A stretch of 32,000 nucleotides of DNA from a cyanobacterium endosymbiont of Epithemia turgida isolate EtSB Lake Yunoko (lineage in GTDB: Bacteria > Cyanobacteriota > Cyanobacteriia > Cyanobacteriales > Microcystaceae): NCBI RefSeq assembly GCF_000829235.1, contig NZ_AP012549.1:1890001-1922000 (forward strand), written 5' to 3'. The translations under genes were made by a program, and so were the position numbers. Positions 19,178 to 30,092 of this stretch are shown here, in pieces (position 1 is the stretch's first letter; every line of letters begins with the position of its first letter). The notes under the pieces were generated by a model, which made no database searches, was not told where the DNA came from, and saw only the letters and a program-made list of their open reading frames with translations.

Positions 19178-20020
19178 CTATTTGTAATCTTTTTTTTTAG
19201 TTTTTAATCGAATATCAACCGGTCTAGTAACTATAATTCCAATAGAATTTTTAACGTTTATAACATAATTTTGTAAATCCTTAGCAAGGGTAATTTGTCC
19301 CGCAGGAGAAGCATGAATAAAACCGATATTTCCTTCTATAGTTTTATAAATTAAACCTGTATGGGTAACATCTAAGCCATCAATATTAGTGGCAACACTA
19401 ATAATATCTCCTGGTTTTAGTTTAGAATAAATTTGCTTTACTTTATAATTAGGGATATAGGTTAAAACTATCTTGTTGATTTTCTTTTCCCTTTCTACAA
19501 TACATTTATAGTTATTTTGATTGGTTACTAACTTAGGATATAAGATTTTATTTTGACTCATAAAATAAATTTTTTTATCGAATTTAATACCCCCCAACTC
19601 CGTCGTAATATTTTTAACACTTCCTCGCTTTTGATTATCATTGATCCAATCTGAAAAGTAATGTAGTCTACTACAATAACCATCAATAAAACCATTAATA
19701 TAACGTTGCTCTTGTAAATGTTTAGTAAAGTTTCGATATTCCCTATCATTTATAGTAATATTACGAGTAATAGCTAATACAGTTTCTACAAATAAAACAC
19801 AATCAAATTTTTTGAAGGAAACAAATAATTGTTCTTTTTCAAATTTTTCTAACAAACCTGCTTCATAAGTTGACCCCAAAAATTGTTTTGCAACTTTTTG
19901 CATAATTTTTCCTATTGATAATTTGGATAAATCATGATTATTTACTGAATTAACAATACTTTTAAACTGGTTTTCTAATTCAACCTTGTCGAACTTTCTT
20001 TTATATAATTGAGCCATCAT
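19178..20020 (-). CDS. DUF1460-like protein (N-acetylmuramoyl-L-alanine amidase-like / NlpC-P60-like fold; family recalled from memory)
   Basis: The 280-aa ORF is intact. Candidate catalytic contexts are KKFDCVLFVETVLA (Cys) and DVTHTGLIY (His). The composition is strongly K/N/I/Y-rich; a spot count gives 16/60 G+C at 19381-19440. A hairpin lies directly downstream. Confidence 0.7.
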   Translation of the reverse strand: MMAQLYKRKFDKVELENQFKSIVNSVNNHDLSKLSIGKIMQKVAKQFLGSTYEAGLLEKFEKEQLFVSFKKFDCVLFVETVLAITRNITINDREYRNFTKHLQEQRYINGFIDGYCSRLHYFSDWINDNQKRGSVKNITTELGGIKFDKKIYFMSQNKILYPKLVTNQNNYKCIVEREKKINKIVLTYIPNYKVKQIYSKLKPGDIISVATNIDGLDVTHTGLIYKTIEGNIGFIHASPAGQITLAKDLQNYVINVKNSIGIIVTRPVDIRLKTKKKDYK

Positions 20021-20812
20021 ATCATTTGTTTTATTATTATCAGTATTTTCTAAAACTTGTACTACAAAAAAAATTAAAAAATAAATAATAAGGTTGTGTT
20101 ATTGTCAAAATAACTATAAACTTTTTTCAAAAAATTAACTAATTTTCTTGGGTTATATAAATAAAAGATGATTAATTAACATCTATTTTTATTGTCATTG
20201 TTATTCTGCTATTCTAATTAGTAATAATTCATAAACCCTTGTATGATATTTGCTTTTTTATTTATGTATTTAAAATAGCTCATTAAAAATTTATTCAATA
20301 TATTCATTAATAATACTTGATTTTTAGATAATACTAAACTTTTTTTAGTGAGAAGGGATTTTAGTAAATTAATTGAGTTTATATTATAAGTTAATTATAT
20401 TAAATTTACAATCAATATTTATTCATAAAAAAAGTTAATTGAGTTTGGTAAGTATGAGTGAAGAACTTCCTTATGTAAGGATAGATTATAATTAATTTTT
20501 CTTATTTAATCAATGAATATAGAATTTTTTAAGTGATAAAATAGTTGATCTTTCTTAAAGAAATTTAAATACTTAAACTCTACCTTAATATTAGTTATTA
20601 GCAGCAATTTTAAATTAGATAAATCATACTAAAAACAATGAGTAAGTTAATTAACTATATACTTCACCGGTTACTAAATTCATTGCTTGTTTCATTGAAA
20701 GCTTATATCAAGTCTTCTAGAATTTAGGGATTCTTGAGTTTGTAAACATTTCTTAATTTTCGATCAACAGTTTTAAACGGGGTTGAAACCAGGGGGATAA
20801 GGAGATAAAACT

Positions 20813-21063
20813 ATGAGTTCTACTCCTACAAATTCCATCAGTTATTTAACTTTTGGAACTTTATGAACGGTAATTATTACACGAATACACAGGATCTTGG
20901 GCATAATTGTAGTATCAATATTTCTGTTTTATAGGTTTTTAGTGTTGATTTAAAATTAACTGTCTTTAATCATTTACTCAAAGATGGATATGAAATTATT
21001 TTTATTCCTCCTGTCAGTGGGGGGATATACTATCCACAATCTAAATTCCCAATTTCGGATTGA
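20813..21063 (+). pseudogene. moaD: Decayed molybdopterin synthase sulfur-carrier subunit MoaD
   Basis: SD AAGGAG (20799-20804) lies 8 nt before ATG 20813, which reads MSSTPTNSISYLTFGTL and then TGA (20864-20866). A shifted frame from 20863 reads MNGNYYTNTQDLGHNCSINISVL*VFSVDLKLTVFNHLLKDGYEIIFIPPVSGG-IYYPQSKFPISD*. The 28 residues ending in GG are colinear with the E. coli MoaD C-terminus AVNQTLVSFDHPLTDGDEVAFFPPVTGG. The stop that should follow Gly-Gly is missing, giving 12 extra codons. Confidence 0.68.
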
Positions 21064-21106
21064 AGTAGAGGCAGGAAGACAGTAAATAAATTATTCTAAC
21101 TTATGT

Positions 21107-21328
21107 CTATTTTTTACTTTCAAGATTAGTTCCTCCGTTGTGATAGTAACACCCTTCTTCTAAACTCGTAACCCCAGAAACAGCGATAAACGTTTCGATC
21201 AACTCCAAATCATAATAGTCAAGATTATGGTCTAAATTTATTTTTTTATCACCTTGAGATTGATAGGTAAAATTTAGTAGAGATTTAAGTTTATATGTTG
21301 TCTCTATAATAAAGTAAAATTGAACCTT
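21107..21328 (-). pseudogene. 73-codon open frame without any start codon; product unknown (gene relic)
   Basis: The minus-strand translation is KVQFYFIIETTYKLKSLLNFTYQSQGDKKINLDHNLDYYDLELIETFIAVSGVTSLEEGCYYHNGGTNLESKK*. It is bounded upstream by TAA (21331-21329). There is no ATG, GTG or TTG near the 5' end, which is why it is absent from the ORF track. Confidence 0.35.
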
Positions 21329-21778
21329 TTATTCAGGTATAATATTAACTCTCATAGTATATAATCATTTTTCCTTTGTTTTACTCTATAGAATTACTTT
21401 CTATTTTTCGACTTATATATAAATATAACTTACTAGATTATCCACATAGAGTAAGGCGTATTTTTTGATTTTTTAGGTTTTAGGTTTTTTATTTACGATA
21501 TAGATAAATTTTTATCTTTTATTCTTTTAGCCTAATTTTCATAAAACCTGGCACTGAGCGATAACTTATTTTTGCAAGTCTTTGCTTTTTAGACTTATTT
21601 AAGCTCACCTACTTATAAAAAAGTAAAACCAGTTTATTTCTCAAAGAATATTACGATAAATCTGTTAAATTACATCAATTTTTAATAAACTTAGAAGAAT
21701 ATTGGATAGGTATTTAAGATGCAGTTTTCAAGTCTTAATCTCAAGCCAGAGAAGTATTGTTTACCCTAAAATCATACT

Positions 21779-22696
21779 TTAGAGATCAGGAATCTCCATT
21801 GAGCCTTCACTCACTAAAACCGACGATCCTCCAACCTGAATTTCTATGACTTTTCCTTGTTTTTTTTTGGCAATTATCTCCAAAATACTCGGCCTTCCCA
21901 TCTCAAAACCCTGTTCAACTCTCCAGTTTAAAGTTGCATTAGGAATCTCCTCTCGGATAGCTAAATAGCCTCCTAATGCTGTTGCTGCTGATCCAGTGGC
22001 AGGATCTTCCAGAATTCCCATGGAAGGAGCAAACATTCGTGCTCGCAGATCAGATCCTTCCCTTTCAGGATCAAAACAAAAAACGTAGACAGAAGGGGCC
22101 CAATGATTCGCTAAAATATGCTGCCAGCAATCACGGTTAAATTGAATATGTCCTAATGCTTCTCGGTTATGAAGGGGAACAAATAAAAAAGGAACCCCAC
22201 AAGAGACTCCTTGAATAAAATATTTATCGTCTCGAAAATCAGCGATTTTTAACCCTAAAATTGAGACCAATTCCATTACCGAGGGAGAGTTATCATTAAA
22301 TGTTGGAAGTTGGGCAGCTTTTAATTCTGTATAAACTGGTTTCCCCCTTTCAATTTTTATCGAAACAGATACTAATCCTATCCCTTCTTCTAAAAGAATA
22401 GTCTGCTTTTCTTCAGAAATAGAAATCTCTCCAATAAAGCTTAAAACATAGGCAGTTCCTATAGTGGGATGTCCAGCAAAATGAAGTTCGGTTACAGGAG
22501 TAAAAATCCTGATTTTTCTGGTTCCTTGGGAAGTTTGAGGAGGAAAAACAAAGACTGTTTCCGAAAGGTTAAATTCTGCGGCAATTTTTTGCATTGTTTG
22601 AGTGTTTAACCCTCGGGAATTTGGAAAAACAGCTAACTGATTTCCTCCAAAGATTTGATCAGTAAACACATCAGCTGTATAGAACTTATACTTCAT
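21779..22696 (-). CDS. PhzF-family isomerase-like protein
   Basis: The ORF is 305 aa. The N-terminus is typical of the family (Y..DVFT...F.GN.LAVF) and the two-domain length fits the PhzF/YddE family. Confidence 0.88.
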   Translation of the reverse strand: MKYKFYTADVFTDQIFGGNQLAVFPNSRGLNTQTMQKIAAEFNLSETVFVFPPQTSQGTRKIRIFTPVTELHFAGHPTIGTAYVLSFIGEISISEEKQTILLEEGIGLVSVSIKIERGKPVYTELKAAQLPTFNDNSPSVMELVSILGLKIADFRDDKYFIQGVSCGVPFLFVPLHNREALGHIQFNRDCWQHILANHWAPSVYVFCFDPEREGSDLRARMFAPSMGILEDPATGSAATALGGYLAIREEIPNATLNWRVEQGFEMGRPSILEIIAKKKQGKVIEIQVGGSSVLVSEGSMEIPDL

Positions 22697-22878
22697 TTTT
22701 TTCTAATTATTTCTATTCTATTCAATTAATTGGGATGACTTTAATTATTAAAATATTTCCTGATTTATTAAACTCAATTTAATTCATAAAATACATAATA
22801 TTTATCAATTTATTTATTAGCTCTTTCCAATCTTCCTTCACTATACTTTAAGTTTTAATAAAGCAGTTCTACTTCCAT

Positions 22879-22927
22879 ATAAATAACTCAATGTCGTTCA
22901 ATAAAAAAAATACATTGAGTTATTTAT
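22879..22927. repeat. 16-bp perfect inverted repeat, 17-nt A-rich spacer, in the divergent phzF-like/ychF spacer
   Basis: ATAAATAACTCAATGT (22879-22894) pairs with ACATTGAGTTATTTAT (22912-22927). Confidence 0.6.
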
Positions 22928-23543
22928 CAGTCTATTTTTGCTAAAAATTTTGTGATAGTTACTCTAATCCAAAATCTAAAGATTTCTGGGAAATTTTAAA
23001 AATCAAATTTGGTAATCTAATATTGGTTAAAAATTTTTTGTACCAGAAATCACTAACTCTATAAAATTTTACTTTTCCAAATTTAATTTACTGTTGTGAA
23101 TATATCTGCTGAATAAAGATGTATTTGCATTTGCTTATTAACACATATTTAAATTTATTTTTTTGTAGTAACTTTAAAATTATATATTTAATTTTAAGGT
23201 TATTTTTAAATTTCAATAAATAGCTTTTTTAGTCTAAGAGTGATTAATGATATATATAATTTTTGTTTTGACTATACTCTATGACTTCAAAATATATAAT
23301 AACTATTTATTATATATTAAAAATATTGCAAAGCAAGTTTTTGACTTTTGTTTATTATTTATGTTTCTCCCGTTAGTCTAAAAGAGGAATTAAAATAACA
23401 AATAAGTAAACTATAAAATGACTCATTCATAAGCTTGATCTGCTATACAAGAAAAAATTCCTTAAGACATTATGGTGATCGCTTTTTATGTTATAAACAT
23501 ATATAACTACTTAATAGATTATTCTTCATTATATCATTAATTT

Positions 23544-24635
23544 ATGCTAAAAGCTGGAATTGTTGGACTTCCTAATGTTGGTAAGTCGACCCTATTTAAC
23601 GCCTTAGTTGCTAATGCTAAAGCAGACGCAGCAAACTTCCCCTTTTGTACTATTGAACCGAATGTAGGAGTTGTTGCAGTTCCCGATAAACGTTTAGAGG
23701 TATTAGGCAAATTATCTAAATCTGAAAAAATTGTTCCCACCCAAATTGAATTTGTGGATATTGCCGGTTTAGTCAAAGGGGCTAGTCAGGGGGAAGGTTT
23801 GGGAAATCAATTCTTGGCTAATATACGAGAAGTAGATGCAATTGTCCATGTAGTTCGTTGTTTTGATGATAATGATATTATTCATGTATCGGGTTCAGTT
23901 GATCCTACTAGAGATATCGAAGTCATCAACTTGGAATTAGCTTTAGCAGACTTATACCAAACGGAAAAACGCTTAGAACGAGTTCGAAAACAAGTTAAAG
24001 GGAAGAAAGAGGAACAAAAAGAAATACCTACCTTAGAGAAGATCATCGCGGCACTTAATGAAGCAGTTGGGGCGCGTTACGTAGACTTAACGGAAGAAGA
24101 AGAAGAGTTGATTAAATCCTTGGGATTACTAACAAGAAAACCCATTATTTATGTCGCTAATGTTTCTGAGGATGACCTAGCTACGGGGAATGACTGGGTG
24201 AAACAAGTTGAACAAAAAGCTAAAGAGCAAAATACCAAAGTCGTCATTGTTTCTGCTCAGGTAGAATCAGAATTAGTAGAGATTCCTAGTGAAGAAAAAG
24301 CCGATTATTTAGAAGCATTAGGAGTAACAGAAGGGGGAATGCAGTCTTTAATTAAAGCCACCTACGAGTTATTACGATTACGAACTTATTTAACCACAGG
24401 ACCTCAAGAAACTCGCGCTTGGACAATTTACGCTGGGATGAAAGCACCTCAAGCAGCAGGAATCATTCATACTGATTTTGAAAAAGGATTTATTAGGGCT
24501 GAAACGGTCGCTTATGACGACCTAGTCACCTGTGGAACTATGACAGTAGCTAAAGAAAAAGGGTTAGTTCGCAGTGAAGGGAAAGAGTATGAGGTTAAAG
24601 AAGGAGATGTTTTATTATTTAGATTTAATGTTTAA
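23544..24635 (+). CDS. ychF: Ribosome-binding ATPase YchF
   Basis: The ORF is 363 aa. It has the P-loop GLPNVGKSTLFNA and the YchF C-terminal domain RAWTI..G..APQAAG.IHTDFEKGFIRAE. Confidence 0.95.
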   Translation: MLKAGIVGLPNVGKSTLFNALVANAKADAANFPFCTIEPNVGVVAVPDKRLEVLGKLSKSEKIVPTQIEFVDIAGLVKGASQGEGLGNQFLANIREVDAIVHVVRCFDDNDIIHVSGSVDPTRDIEVINLELALADLYQTEKRLERVRKQVKGKKEEQKEIPTLEKIIAALNEAVGARYVDLTEEEEELIKSLGLLTRKPIIYVANVSEDDLATGNDWVKQVEQKAKEQNTKVVIVSAQVESELVEIPSEEKADYLEALGVTEGGMQSLIKATYELLRLRTYLTTGPQETRAWTIYAGMKAPQAAGIIHTDFEKGFIRAETVAYDDLVTCGTMTVAKEKGLVRSEGKEYEVKEGDVLLFRFNV

Positions 24636-25499
24636 TTATGATATTGAAGAAGGTTAATAATCATTTATGTTACTTCAGACTAAATTATTGATCGCATAAT
24701 CTACTGGAGATTGTGTTTGAACAACGACAAGAATTTAGGCTACTATACATTATCAGTACGGAACGGGGAGAGCTCGCAACATGACCAAAATATAGACTTC
24801 TCAATAAGTGGAGAATAAAAAATATAAGTGAATAGGGTGTAATTTTTAAAAATAATGCATAAGCAGGAGATTTTGCAAGGTTTTGTCCAAAGTTACCAGA
24901 GTATACTTCTTTGGGCTCTTTTTTTAAAAATCTGACAGATTCTTCCGTAAGTTAATTTTACTCTTCCCTCTTTTTTTAAAATTTTAGATAGTCCCTGCTT
25001 ATTATTAAGTTTTTTTATTCTGTTTCTCGAAAAATGTGTCTGGGAATAGTTCTACCCAACAGGCAATTTCTTTAACTTTTTATCCTCTTGTATTGAGACA
25101 TGAAATTTTGGTTTTTATTCTCGTTCTGGAGAAAGTTTCTAGATGGCAGTCAATTTTGATGGTGTCTGTTTTTCTAATTCTGTTGGACAAATTATTAGAG
25201 AAACTAGTATTTAGCGATCGCTCTTTTTCAACTGCTCTTCTATTTGTTTACGCTTATTTGCTCAATGATTATCGATAGACTACTTTTTGCAATCAAACTA
25301 ATTTTATAATTCACCAGAAGTATCACCGAGAGCTTTCAGCTCTTAACTTTCTCAAATTTTCTGTCAACTGTGCGACGAATTTTCTAGAAATACGTCGCAG
25401 TCGCACTACTAATAGCTGAGTTAATCGGCTATGGGGTGAAGTAGATTATAAGAACTGAAAAGAAAGTCAGAGAACTGATGGACGAGAAAAATATCATAA

Positions 25500-25666
25500 A
25501 TGAATAATGGTCATGAAAAAATTATTAATCAAGCAGTGGAAGCTGAAAAAGTTTCTTCTGAAAAGAAGTATAAAGAAACTGTTAGAGAGTTATTGACTCA
25601 ATAACGCAAATATGAAGAAGTAGCAGTTGAAAATAAGATATTGCATCGTGTACTTGAAGAAGTTTA

Positions 25667-25667
<1 letters not shown>
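25500..25667 (+). pseudogene. Small Glu/Lys-rich frame with one in-frame TAA; product unknown
   Basis: MNNGHEKIINQAVEAEKVSSEKKYKETVRELLTQ*RKYEEVAVENKILHRVLEEV*. The internal stop is at 25602-25604 and the terminal TAA at 25665-25667. The last base of that TAA is the first base of the 37-bp hairpin. No convincing SD is present. Confidence 0.25.
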
Positions 25668-26904
<1,237 letters not shown>

Positions 26905-27055
26905 TCAATAAATTATTTTGCCAATTTTCGGGAAAAATACCAGATCTTGATGCTTTCTAAACCATTTGATCTTGATAATTTGTGCCTGATACAACAGTTT
27001 ACCATCTTCTCTGAAGAGTGTTCTTATAGATTGTGTTCATCTCCTAGAAAATTTA

Positions 27056-27988
27056 TTATCTATCAACTTTGAGTGACAGCTCCGATTCTGGGTGTGATGC
27101 TTCTCCCTTTAATAGAGGAATAACAGGGAAAAAAGGCTGATGAAGACTAATTAACTGAGCTAAGATTTTCTTTAATTGAGTACGGGAAACAATCGCATCA
27201 ACAAAGCCATGTTTGAGCAAATACTCAGAGGTTTGGAAGCCTTCCGGGAGTTTTTCTCGTAAAGTTTGTTCAATTACCCGTCGTCCAGCAAAGCCAATGG
27301 TTGCTTTGGGTTCAGCTAAAATAATATCCCCTAACATAGCAAAACTTGCCGTGACTCCCCCAGTAGTAGGATGGGTTAACACAGGAATGTACAGTAATTG
27401 TTTATCCCTATACAATGCTAGGGCTCCAGCAATTTTCGCCATCTGCATTAAGCTTAACATTCCTTCTTGCATCCGTGCCCCTCCTGAAGCACAGACAATG
27501 ACAACGGGTAATCGTTCTTGGGTAGCATATTCAACCAAACGACAAAGTTTCTCCCCAACCACTGATCCCATACTTCCCCCCATAAATCGAAAATCCATTA
27601 CACCGAGAGCTAGGGGTAAACCATCGACTAATCCTGTTCCTGTTTGTACTGCATCAATCAGTCCTGTTTTTTCCTGAGTATCTTTGAGCCGATCACTATA
27701 GGCTTTACGATCAAAGAACTTTAGGGGATCAGTGGGTTTTAGATGTTCATTAAGGGATTTCCACGTTCCATCATCGATTAACTGAGCAATCCGTTCGTCA
27801 CTGTCTACCCGCATATGATGACCACACTCAGTACAAACGAGTTGATTCGCTCGAAGATCTTTCGTATAAGTAAGAACATCACAGGCAACACATTTAGTCC
27901 ATAATCCATCAGCGATTTCTCGTTCTTGTCTTTTTTGAATAATGGGTTCAGATTTTTCTCGGTTAGCAAACCAGTCTAATAGAGACAT
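27056..27988 (-). CDS. accD: Acetyl-CoA carboxylase carboxyltransferase beta subunit
   Basis: The ORF is 310 aa. It has the N-terminal zinc ribbon [26 protein letters not shown] and the carboxyltransferase motifs [13 protein letters not shown] and SGGARMQEG. Confidence 0.95.
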   Translation of the reverse strand: MSLLDWFANREKSEPIIQKRQEREIADGLWTKCVACDVLTYTKDLRANQLVCTECGHHMRVDSDERIAQLIDDGTWKSLNEHLKPTDPLKFFDRKAYSDRLKDTQEKTGLIDAVQTGTGLVDGLPLALGVMDFRFMGGSMGSVVGEKLCRLVEYATQERLPVVIVCASGGARMQEGMLSLMQMAKIAGALALYRDKQLLYIPVLTHPTTGGVTASFAMLGDIILAEPKATIGFAGRRVIEQTLREKLPEGFQTSEYLLKHGFVDAIVSRTQLKKILAQLISLHQPFFPVIPLLKGEASHPESELSLKVDR

Positions 27989-28363
27989 ATAAATTTCAGT
28001 AATTAAATTAACTAATAAAGTTGTGATCTGCCGTAGATTTGATCTTTTTCAGGTAAACTTAATAATAACAAAGCCGTTTTCAATCACACGACTTGAGCGA
28101 TATATTCTCGATATATCATACACAACTAACATTTTTTGCACATAACCTTCACTGCATTAACACAGCTTTCTAACGATCATTAACAGTACTTACCATAATT
28201 CAAGATACAGAGCTTATCTTATCAGGAGTCATTAGTCTTGAGAAGTTAATCTTTAACCCTAACGAAATAATGAGTAGTTGGATATAAATAAACGAGGCTA
28301 TTTTGGCGTGTGTTTGGCGGGGTTTATAAATAATTTTCTTTTTTTCCCACTTCGGAAAGCATC

Positions 28364-28615
28364 TTAATCATCCCATTGTTCCAAGTTTGTTTCATCGACA
28401 AACTGTTGTGCAAACTGTTTAGGAGAACTATTTTGAATAAATGTCAATCTTCTCCCGTCTTCCGCCCCATTGCTTATAATCCAATCACATATCCCCAACA
28501 TATAGCTAAAATTGTTCCTAATACCGGGGTTCGTTCCAGGAGAAATAAATAGTTCCCGACGAAAGCTTAATAACCTGAAAACTAAAGCTACCCTCCCTAA
28601 TAACAGTAAATATTT
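28364..28615 (-). pseudogene. 83-codon open frame with no usable start; product unknown (gene relic, weakly acetyltransferase-like)
   Basis: The minus-strand translation is KYLLLLGRVALVFRLLSFRRELFISPGTNPGIRNNFSYMLGICDWIISNGAEDGRRLTFIQNSSPKQFAQQFVDETNLEQWDD*. It is bounded upstream by TGA (28618-28616). The only internal ATG would give 45 aa. The GNAT-like impression (L.I.P....GI....L......G....L.....N....F...F) is weak. Confidence 0.3.
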
Positions 28616-28688
28616 TCAGCTTGATTAATTCCCAATCATTGTTTCTCCGTGTGTGTCTCCATCATTTACCCCAATTATTTTAACACTA

Positions 28689-28718
28689 CATTATATCCAA
28701 TATTAATTGGATATAATG
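28689..28718. repeat. 13-bp perfect inverted repeat with tetraloop ATTA
   Basis: CATTATATCCAAT (28689-28701) pairs with ATTGGATATAATG (28706-28718). Confidence 0.5.
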
Positions 28719-30092
28719 ACCAAATTTTAGTTCTCCTGGACCTGTAATTTTTTAAAAAATATAAAAAAAAATTATTTTGAATAGGTTTTAAAACCATACT
28801 TGTTATTAGTATAACACACCGACAGGTGTTGTATTTTAATTGAATTATGTTGGACTTAACGTTTTTACTTAATTTGTCCTTATGACATTAATGGAGTGAG
28901 TGAATAAGGAATAGGAATAATTTTAAAAAAATTAAGTTAATTATTCTAGTTACAATTAATATAATTGAAGATAAAAAAGTTATTATATTGGTGTTGATAG
29001 ATGTTAATAGTGATAGTAAAATAACTGGAAATTGAAAAAAAAACGTTTTGGGCAAGATAGGAAAGATTAGTATAAGTTTTGGAAACCCATATAAGAGTGT
29101 AATCAATAGCAAATAGACTTCATATGACAAAACAAGTTAATGCTTAATTTGCTCATCTAATAAAACGTATTAAATGAGAATTTAAATAGCTTAAAAATGT
29201 TGATTTTTAAAAACCACAATATTAAATTTAAATAAAATAACAATTAAAACAGGCTGATAAAACGCCGCGAAGCCTTCTGACAATGTATCAGTTAAAAATA
29301 AAAGAGTAGCCCAGAAAAATTACAAGTAAAACTAATATTAGATATCAGTACGATAGTGATTAAATGACTAGTATCGTAACAAAAAACCTTAGAACAATTA
29401 GGCATTAGATCACTAGCATCCTATTTAAACTCATAAATAACTCAAGCAAAACAAGTATTAATAATACTAAATTAAAACTAATTAAAAGTAGATGTTATAT
29501 ATTTATATAGTTAAAAATTAGAAATTAACACTTTATTGGTTAATACTAAATAATCAGTTCAGCATAATCTAAATTTTTAACACAGCTCTACAAATTTCTG
29601 TCTTTTAGTAGGGAATATTTGCAGTTTATTAACCCCAAATAACTTTAAATCTTAACCCCAACACTAACTTTGATTTCGTTAAAATTCTAAACAAGGTCAT
29701 GGCACCAAATCAATTGAGGAGATAGTGATTAAGTAACTACTATAAATTAAGTAACCTAATATAGTTTGAGTAAACCTGCCAAGAGATCCCAAAAAACACT
29801 AGTCTTGTCACTACTCCTACCAACGAATAATGCGTTTAATATAATAAAAATATGAAACCAACTACAAGGTCTCGATAATTATAATCATTCTAACACTGTA
29901 ACATTTCCAGATTTTCCTAGTTGATGACAACGACCATAACATTTTGGACAATGGTATGGAGAGTCAAAAAAAGTCTTTCTAGCGAACTATAAATGATAAC
30001 TTTGATACAACTGTTGAATATAAGTCCCAAAAGCTGAAGATATAATCAGAGCTTATAATAAAGAAATGACGCAGCATTTAGGAGTAGCGATC

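Noticed and set aside
21438-21446. Perfect DnaA-box consensus TTATCCACA, raising the idea that an AT-rich tract is oriC.
   Set aside because: There is a single perfect copy, against roughly 0.4 expected by chance on both strands at this composition. There is only one near-copy nearby (21031-21039, inside the MoaD fossil), no cluster, and no dnaA or dnaN nearby.
11704-21778. AT-rich tracts as a prophage, genomic island, defence island or mobile-element insertion.
   Set aside because: There is no integrase, transposase, tRNA attachment site, terminal direct or inverted repeat pair, or intact accessory ORF. Recognisable remnants are ordinary chromosomal genes (ABC ATPase, MoaD), which favours in-situ decay.
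25036-25278. 80-aa GTG-initiated ORF downstream of sqdB, with normal GC content and a HIP1 site.
   Set aside because: The translation is hydrophobic and T-rich on the coding strand, with no SD and no recognisable family. It could be a small membrane protein or a relic read in the wrong frame. The evidence is too thin to call it a gene.
29885-29986. 33-codon minus-strand frame FARKTFFDSPYHCPKCYGRCHQLGKSGNVTVLE* upstream of hisD, reminiscent of an IS1-type or other zinc-ribbon N-terminus.
   Set aside because: It has only three Cys and no start codon, and is too short for any family assignment. No transposase body or inverted repeats lie nearby.
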